Positions 58,731 through 64,000 of a DNA stretch of 64,000 bases are shown here, piece by piece. The stretch comes from Blastocatellia bacterium (GTDB lineage Bacteria; Acidobacteriota; Blastocatellia; DASRDY01). The notes below the pieces were generated by a model. That model was not told the origin of the DNA. It was given only the letters and a program-made list of their open reading frames with translations, and did no database searches. The position numbers were made by a program, and so were the translations under genes. Location: the NCBI GenBank assembly GCA_035652355.1, contig DASRDY010000225.1, positions 3,942-67,941 of the forward strand, written 5' to 3'. Every line of letters begins with the position of its first letter. Position 1 is the stretch's first letter.

Positions 58731-61391
58731 CTATTCGTATCTCAACGCAGTTAGCGGATCGAGTTTTGTTGCCCTTCGCGCGGGTATATAACACGCCGAC
58801 AGCGCAACAATCAGCAGCAACCCCGATACTCCAACGAGTGTAGTCGCATCCGTAGTCCGTACACCGAAAAGCAGGTTAGCGAGAAACCTTGAGAATGCTG
58901 CCGATGCACCTAGACCCAGCACAATCCCGATGAGTGTTAACACAAGTCCATGGCCTAATATTGATCGCATTATGTCCGCGTTTTGTGCTCCAAGCGCGAC
59001 GCGAATTCCTATCTCTTGCCTGCGCTGACTCACCGAATAAGACATCACACCGTAAATGCCTACAGACGCCATAACCACGGCAATAACCGTGAAGATCGAC
59101 AGCAGGATCAGATTTAACTGCCTGTCGGCCATTGTGCTTGCGATCATCTGGTCGACGGTTTTGATGCTGGTGATTGGAAGGTTTGGATCGACAGCCCAGA
59201 TTTGAGCCTTCAAGCTCTGAAGCACAGCCATCGGGTCCGTCTTCGTCCTGACAATGATTCGAGCGAACGGAAAGGGCGATTGATAGTACGGAAAGTAGAC
59301 GTAAAACCCTTTGCCCGTTCCCACAGGACTGGTTTTTATTGTGCCCGCTACACCTACTACGGTCGTCCACTGTTTGTCTTCTGAGAAACGGAATCTCTTG
59401 CCGACGGCGGATTCATCAGGCCAACATTGTCGAGCCAGTGCTTCGCTGAGAATCGCGACTGAATCCGATCCTATCTGATCTTTTTCATTGAATACTCGTC
59501 CCTGAACCAAAGGGATTCTGGTGACCTTAAAATAGTCAGGGCCGGCAATAGTCGCCGCAATGCTCGGAAGTTTTTCGCCAGAGTTTCTGCCTTCAACTTC
59601 GAGCTGACCGCCCATCACACCTGTCTCAGGTGGAATGCCGCTGGAGACTTCCGCCACTTCCACCTGAGGAATATGCCGGATTCTATCAACTGCCTGTTGA
59701 AAGAATTGGATCTGTTGCGGTTTTGTGTCGTAACGACTCTTGGGAAGGGCAAGGCTGAGTGAAATCGTGTTAGTAGTATCGAACCCAAGATCGACATTCT
59801 GTAATCGAATGAAGCTCCTCGTCATCAACCCGGCCGCTACCAGCAGCACCAGCGACAGAGCGATTTCAGCGATAGTTAAAAGATTTCTGATGCGGTTGTG
59901 CCTGATACCGGCTGAAGCCGACTGTCCCGCCTCCTTCAGTATATCGTTCAAGTTTGCTTTTGATGCGTTAAGCGATGGCAGGAAGCCGCAGAGTAATCCT
60001 GTCAACAATGAAATGCCAAAGGCAAAACCCAGCGCCACTGCATTCATACTTACCTGCGCAAGCTGAGGAATTTGGGTTTTTCCATAAGTAATTATGACAT
60101 TCAGTCCTGCATAGCCAATCATCACGCCCAATATTCCACCAACCGCTGCAAGCAGTAAGGTTTCAGTCAGCAGCTGTCGGACCAGTCGAATTCTTGCCGC
60201 GCCAAGCGCCGTACGAATTGCCACTTCTTTAGCGCGAACAGTGTTTCGCGCCAGCATCAGGTTCGCCACGTTGGCGCAAGCGATCAATAAAACAAAGCCA
60301 ACTGCAGCAAACAATATATATAGCGCCTGAGCCACGTCTGAACCCAGGTAGTCAAGGGGCGTAACCAGTGACGTCGTCCATCCCTTGAATGGAGCATCCG
60401 GCCTTTCAGCCTGTACGGACAGTACGTCCAGTTCTGCCTTGGCCTTATCCGGCGAAACATCCTTCTTCAGAATAGCTACTACACTTCTTAACGCAGGTCC
60501 ACTACTTCGAAACGAAAGCGCGCTGGTATTCGTTTCAGGTTCTTTAGGTAACGGAAGCCAAAGGTCGGGATGGCGTCCATCCAGTTGAAATTTAGATGAC
60601 ATTACGCCAACTATTGTATAGCTCTTATCGGTCGTGGTTAGCTGGCGACCCAGCACCGCTCTGTCGGCTCCAAAGTGACTTTTCCAAACATTGTCGCTGA
60701 TAATGACGACGGGCTGCGCACCTGGCTTCGCGTCTTCACCGGTGAATGGCCGTCCAAGTCGCGGCATCTCAGTCAAAATGTCGAACATCGTCGGAGCTAT
60801 TAAATAGGCAGCCAGTGATTCCGGTTCGCCCTGCCCCACTATATTGATGGCGTCGCTGGTGTACGGCTCGATGGCATCAAATGACTTTGCGTCTTGCCTC
60901 CACTTCTCAACAATGTCTGCGGTCGGGGCGATCATCATTCCTCTTTGTTTCGGATTGGCTCGCCATACATAGACGGCGCGGTTACCGTTTTTGATGTTCA
61001 ATGGATTTAGAATTAAATGGTATACGACGCTGAAGATGGCGGTATTTGCTCCAATCGCCAGGGCCAGCGTAAGCACAGAAACAACAGTGAAGCCGCGATG
61101 TTTAATTAACAGCCTGCAGCCATACTGAACATCCTTGAAGAAGCCTTCACGCAATTGATGAAGCTGTAAAAGGCCGGCATCACGAAACGCGCCGCGGCAA
61201 CGATTGAACAGATCAAAACGGCTCTTCATATTCAAAGTCCTCCATTTGTTCAGCAACGACCACCGATAAATTAATTCCGCGTTCCATTCCTGTTTCCAGT
61301 CGGCGCGCTGACCGCGCGGGACGACCAAACTGGCCAAACTGATTAAAAAGCGATAAATTCTGCCTGGCGACTTTCCCTTTTTATCCCGCAT
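58731..61391 (-). CDS. ADOP-type permease (duplicated FtsX), downstream of PadR
   Basis: 886 aa. WxxEW N-terminal extension, [26 protein letters not shown], two FtsX modules. Confidence 0.8.
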   Translation of the reverse strand: MRDKKGKSPGRIYRFLISLASLVVPRGQRADWKQEWNAELIYRWSLLNKWRTLNMKSRFDLFNRCRGAFRDAGLLQLHQLREGFFKDVQYGCRLLIKHRGFTVVSVLTLALAIGANTAIFSVVYHLILNPLNIKNGNRAVYVWRANPKQRGMMIAPTADIVEKWRQDAKSFDAIEPYTSDAINIVGQGEPESLAAYLIAPTMFDILTEMPRLGRPFTGEDAKPGAQPVVIISDNVWKSHFGADRAVLGRQLTTTDKSYTIVGVMSSKFQLDGRHPDLWLPLPKEPETNTSALSFRSSGPALRSVVAILKKDVSPDKAKAELDVLSVQAERPDAPFKGWTTSLVTPLDYLGSDVAQALYILFAAVGFVLLIACANVANLMLARNTVRAKEVAIRTALGAARIRLVRQLLTETLLLAAVGGILGVMIGYAGLNVIITYGKTQIPQLAQVSMNAVALGFAFGISLLTGLLCGFLPSLNASKANLNDILKEAGQSASAGIRHNRIRNLLTIAEIALSLVLLVAAGLMTRSFIRLQNVDLGFDTTNTISLSLALPKSRYDTKPQQIQFFQQAVDRIRHIPQVEVAEVSSGIPPETGVMGGQLEVEGRNSGEKLPSIAATIAGPDYFKVTRIPLVQGRVFNEKDQIGSDSVAILSEALARQCWPDESAVGKRFRFSEDKQWTTVVGVAGTIKTSPVGTGKGFYVYFPYYQSPFPFARIIVRTKTDPMAVLQSLKAQIWAVDPNLPITSIKTVDQMIASTMADRQLNLILLSIFTVIAVVMASVGIYGVMSYSVSQRRQEIGIRVALGAQNADIMRSILGHGLVLTLIGIVLGLGASAAFSRFLANLLFGVRTTDATTLVGVSGLLLIVALSACYIPARRATKLDPLTALRYE

Positions 61392-61438
61392 TCGTCAACC
61401 ACCTTTTACATTTCTTAAGCTCAAATCCGGATGACCGG

Positions 61439-61765
61439 CTAGGATTCTGAGAGCCCTGATTTGTTTAACGACGTAAACATGCTTTCCACAAAATGATATC
61501 GTTTTACCGCTTCGCGCAGCGCATCGTTTCCCAGTTTGGTAAGTTCGTAATAACGACGAGGCGGTCGCTGCTCAGCCTCTGCGACCTTTTCTTTTTCCCA
61601 CTTCGATCGGACAAGACCCGCTTCTTCAAAACGGCGAAGGGCAGGGTAGACGGTGCCGCTGGGCAATCCTGTTATATCCATAACGTCAAAGCCGTACTGA
61701 TAACCATTCGCCAGCGCCTGCAATATCATCGCGGTCGAAGCGCTTAGATTAACGCCGTAGCCCAT
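61439..61765 (-). CDS. PadR family transcriptional regulator
   Basis: [44 protein letters not shown]. Confidence 0.8.
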   Translation of the reverse strand: MGYGVNLSASTAMILQALANGYQYGFDVMDITGLPSGTVYPALRRFEEAGLVRSKWEKEKVAEAEQRPPRRYYELTKLGNDALREAVKRYHFVESMFTSLNKSGLSES

Positions 61766-61775
61766 ATCGCGAACC

Positions 61776-61819
61776 CCTATGTAGTATTCTCACTATACAC
61801 GAGCAGAATACTACATAGG
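61776..61819 (-). promoter_or_regulatory. Candidate PadR operator: 15-bp perfect inverted repeat upstream of PadR (61439..61765)
   Basis: cctATGTAGTATtct - 14 nt - agaATACTACATagg. It lies 11 bp upstream of the PadR start on the minus strand. Confidence 0.4.
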
Positions 61820-61934
61820 TTCAAATCGGGCAAGAAGTTTTTTGTGGTTAAAGGAATTGTTCGCATTGCGAGCCTTAGAACGCAAGCTTATCGCTCTCCA
61901 GTAACTGAGACTGGGGTGATTAACCCTCAACATC

Positions 61935-62684
61935 ATGCCGATAACAATTGTGTACGCTGACGGCCGCGTTGGTTTCGACGTTAAGATTGTGAGAAAACTG
62001 ATACTATCCGTTTCATGTATAACGTTTTTGATCCTGCTCGTTTGTGGGTCAGCAGCCAAACAGCAGTCCACGCCGAAAAAGAAAACGCCTTCGCTAACCA
62101 CCGAAGACGTTCAGACAGATACACCAAATGCGGCGACCATCGCTGACGCGTTAACTTTAGACGACGTAATGACCAAATTAGATAAAGTCAGTTCGTTCCG
62201 TTTAAACGCCGACTCGATTCAGGGCTCTACGAGTTATAAACGGAAGTTTGAGTTTTGTCAGCCAGATCGCATTCGAGGGACTATCGACATACACGTCCAA
62301 GCCGGAGGGCCTGATGAGGAGATAATTGTTGGTGACTCGCTCTATATCAAGGATAGTCAGACAGGTGTGTGGACCAAAACGGCTTCTCATCTTGCTGGAA
62401 GCGCTGTAAGGCAATTCCTGTCAAGCCAATTAAATTGGTTGTTTAACTACCCGCTCAAGAAAGCTGGCATGGACGAGGTCAATGGAGTCCAATCAGTAAT
62501 ATACAAAAAGGAAGAGACGGCATCGAACCACGGTGTAACCTGGACGATACGCGCAACAATCTGGGTCGGAATCTCGGATGGGCTACCTGTGCAGATTGAG
62601 GTAAATAACCCGGGAGATGCGGGATCAATGATCTATACTTTCTTTGACTACAATCAGCCAATCAAAATCGAGCCGCCAATGTGA
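61935..62684 (+). CDS. Hypothetical exported protein (LolA-like fold?)
   Basis: Probable signal peptide (KLILSVSCITFLILLVCGSAA). The start may be the internal GTG at 61989. No secure domain call. Confidence 0.4.
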   Translation: MPITIVYADGRVGFDVKIVRKLILSVSCITFLILLVCGSAAKQQSTPKKKTPSLTTEDVQTDTPNAATIADALTLDDVMTKLDKVSSFRLNADSIQGSTSYKRKFEFCQPDRIRGTIDIHVQAGGPDEEIIVGDSLYIKDSQTGVWTKTASHLAGSAVRQFLSSQLNWLFNYPLKKAGMDEVNGVQSVIYKKEETASNHGVTWTIRATIWVGISDGLPVQIEVNNPGDAGSMIYTFFDYNQPIKIEPPM

Positions 62685-62844
62685 TCGTGACGTGGAAAGG
62701 CGCCTTTCATTAAGTTCTCAGCCGCTCCTCCAGTTTCAAACACTTCGAATCTTCAACTTCATGTTGACATTCTACCTGACTATATGGATACTCATGTAGA
62801 ACTTCTACCCAAAGCGCCGCAAAGAAGGGATGAGGACCTGAAGC

Positions 62845-64000
62845 TATGAACTGGCTGCGAGAACTGACCTACACGTTGCGCAAGCTCAATAGAGCAAGCG
62901 CTGACCACGAACTGGACGAAGAGATCAAAGCTCACATTGATCTGGAAATTGAACAAAACATTAAAGGCGGAATGTCGCCAGCCGAGGCTCGATACAAGGC
63001 AATGCAGAAGTTCGGCAGCGTAGCTCTGGCGAAAGAGAAAAGCCGGGTACAGTGGGGCTTTAACTCAATAGAGGGCGTGGTTCAGGATGTTCGATATGCT
63101 TTTCGCATCCTGAAGAAATGGCCCGGATTCAGTTTCGCCATCGTGTTGATTCTCGCATTGGGTATCGGGGCTACGACGGCTATTTTCAGCGCGGTTAATG
63201 CCGTTCTGTTGCAACCGCTTCCTTATCTTCAACCGGAAAAATTAGTAATCGTTCTGCAAACAGCACCGGGTGCGGATTGGCAAAAGGTAATCGCCACTGT
63301 AACAGGCAAAAAGTTTAACGAATGGCGTGACAATAACCAGGTTTTCGAAAATATCGGAGCGTTCCTGCGCGGTTCGAATCCGGTAAGTATATCGGATGGC
63401 AGCGGGGCGGCTCGCGTTCGCGCGGCCAGGGTTACCCCATACGCATTCGCGACGTTGGGTGTACAGCCATTGCTCGGGCGAAACTTTCTGCCTGAAGAGA
63501 AAGGCAAATCCTTTTTTGATGAGCCTGGGAAAGGGCTGCCAGATACCGTTGTTATTCTGAGCAATCATATCTGGAAGTCGCGTTTTGCCAGCGATCCGGC
63601 GGTGCTCGGCAAGAGGCTGAGAATCGACGGAGACGATTGCGCTATTGTCGGTGTGATGCCGGCCGGATTTGATTTTCCCAGTAATACCGATATTTGGTTG
63701 CCGATTGAAGCGAAGAACGACAGCCATTTAAATTGGTTCTGTGTTATTGGGCGTATAAAAGACGGAATAACCCAGGGTCAAGCTAACGCCGAAATGAACA
63801 CGCTGAACGCGCAATTGATTGATCGTATGCCTGCCAATATAGGACCGGAAAAGACCAAAAGTCAGGTCGTCCTGGTGGGGTTGCGGCAGTATATGGTTGG
63901 CGACGTGCGTTTATCTCTGCTGATTCTATTGGGCGCTGTTGCATTGGTCATGGCAATTGTATGCGCAAACATTGCTAATCTGTTGCTGGCGCGATCGGCG
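62845..64000 (+). CDS. ADOP-type permease, N-terminal part (3' end beyond window)
   Basis: Manual translation from ATG at 62845: MNWLRELTYTLRKLNRASADHELDEEIKAHIDLE...FRILKKWPGFSFAIVLILALGIGATTAIFSAVNAV..., the ADOP N-terminus. Continues open to the window end. Confidence 0.7.

Noticed and set aside
63373-63385. GGTTCGAATCC, identical to a tRNA T-loop consensus
   Set aside because: It lies inside the ADOP coding sequence (RGSNPV). The flanks do not form a T-stem or an acceptor stem, so it is not a tRNA.

Overview
This 64-kb chromosomal segment looks acidobacterial (inference). The support is four ADOP-type duplicated-FtsX permeases, two of them preceded by PadR regulators, plus a VWA protein of the acidobacterial TIGR03436 type. 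I call about 50 protein-coding genes on both strands. I find no rRNA, tRNA, CRISPR array, IS element or prophage.

Gene content, from the left end: a 5'-truncated GH43 glycoside hydrolase, DUF302, an orphan REC domain, an M20 peptidase, an AraC regulator and a glyoxalase. Then a 4-gene tripartite ABC efflux operon, immediately followed by an orphan Dam-family N6-adenine DNA methyltransferase. Next come a 1351-aa double hybrid histidine kinase, ispG, a DksA/TraR protein, the VWA protein, a KdoO-like dioxygenase, a NUDIX hydrolase, DUF4177 and an NFACT/RqcH-like protein. BlaI is followed by a BlaR1-like M56 gene split by a frameshift. After that: an M16 peptidase pair, an M1 aminopeptidase with HEAT repeats, MerR, MocR, a YVTN-propeller/phosphoesterase fusion, two GNATs, an S9A prolyl oligopeptidase, a Hanks Ser/Thr kinase and an RRM protein. 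An S9 peptidase is interrupted by an in-frame TGA. The remainder is an orphan UPF0175-like gene, a TPR-TonB_C protein, an M28 peptidase and an MFS transporter.

The most interesting signals are non-coding:
(i) A ~115-bp palindromic element present in two copies at gene 3' ends, whose stem differences between copies are compensatory.
(ii) A ~125-nt conserved intergenic element (about 70% identity, with perfectly conserved blocks) present in two copies in divergent promoter regions. It is rich in TGTCAC/GTGACA repeats.
(iii) A perfect 21-bp inverted repeat bracketing 85 bp just upstream of ispG.
(iv) Recurrent ATGTAGWA boxes upstream of PadR and ADOP genes.

I could not confidently identify one discrete novel multi-gene system. 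The candidates are listed with their evidence level. Two disrupted genes (a frameshift and a TGA) might also indicate assembly or sequencing errors.
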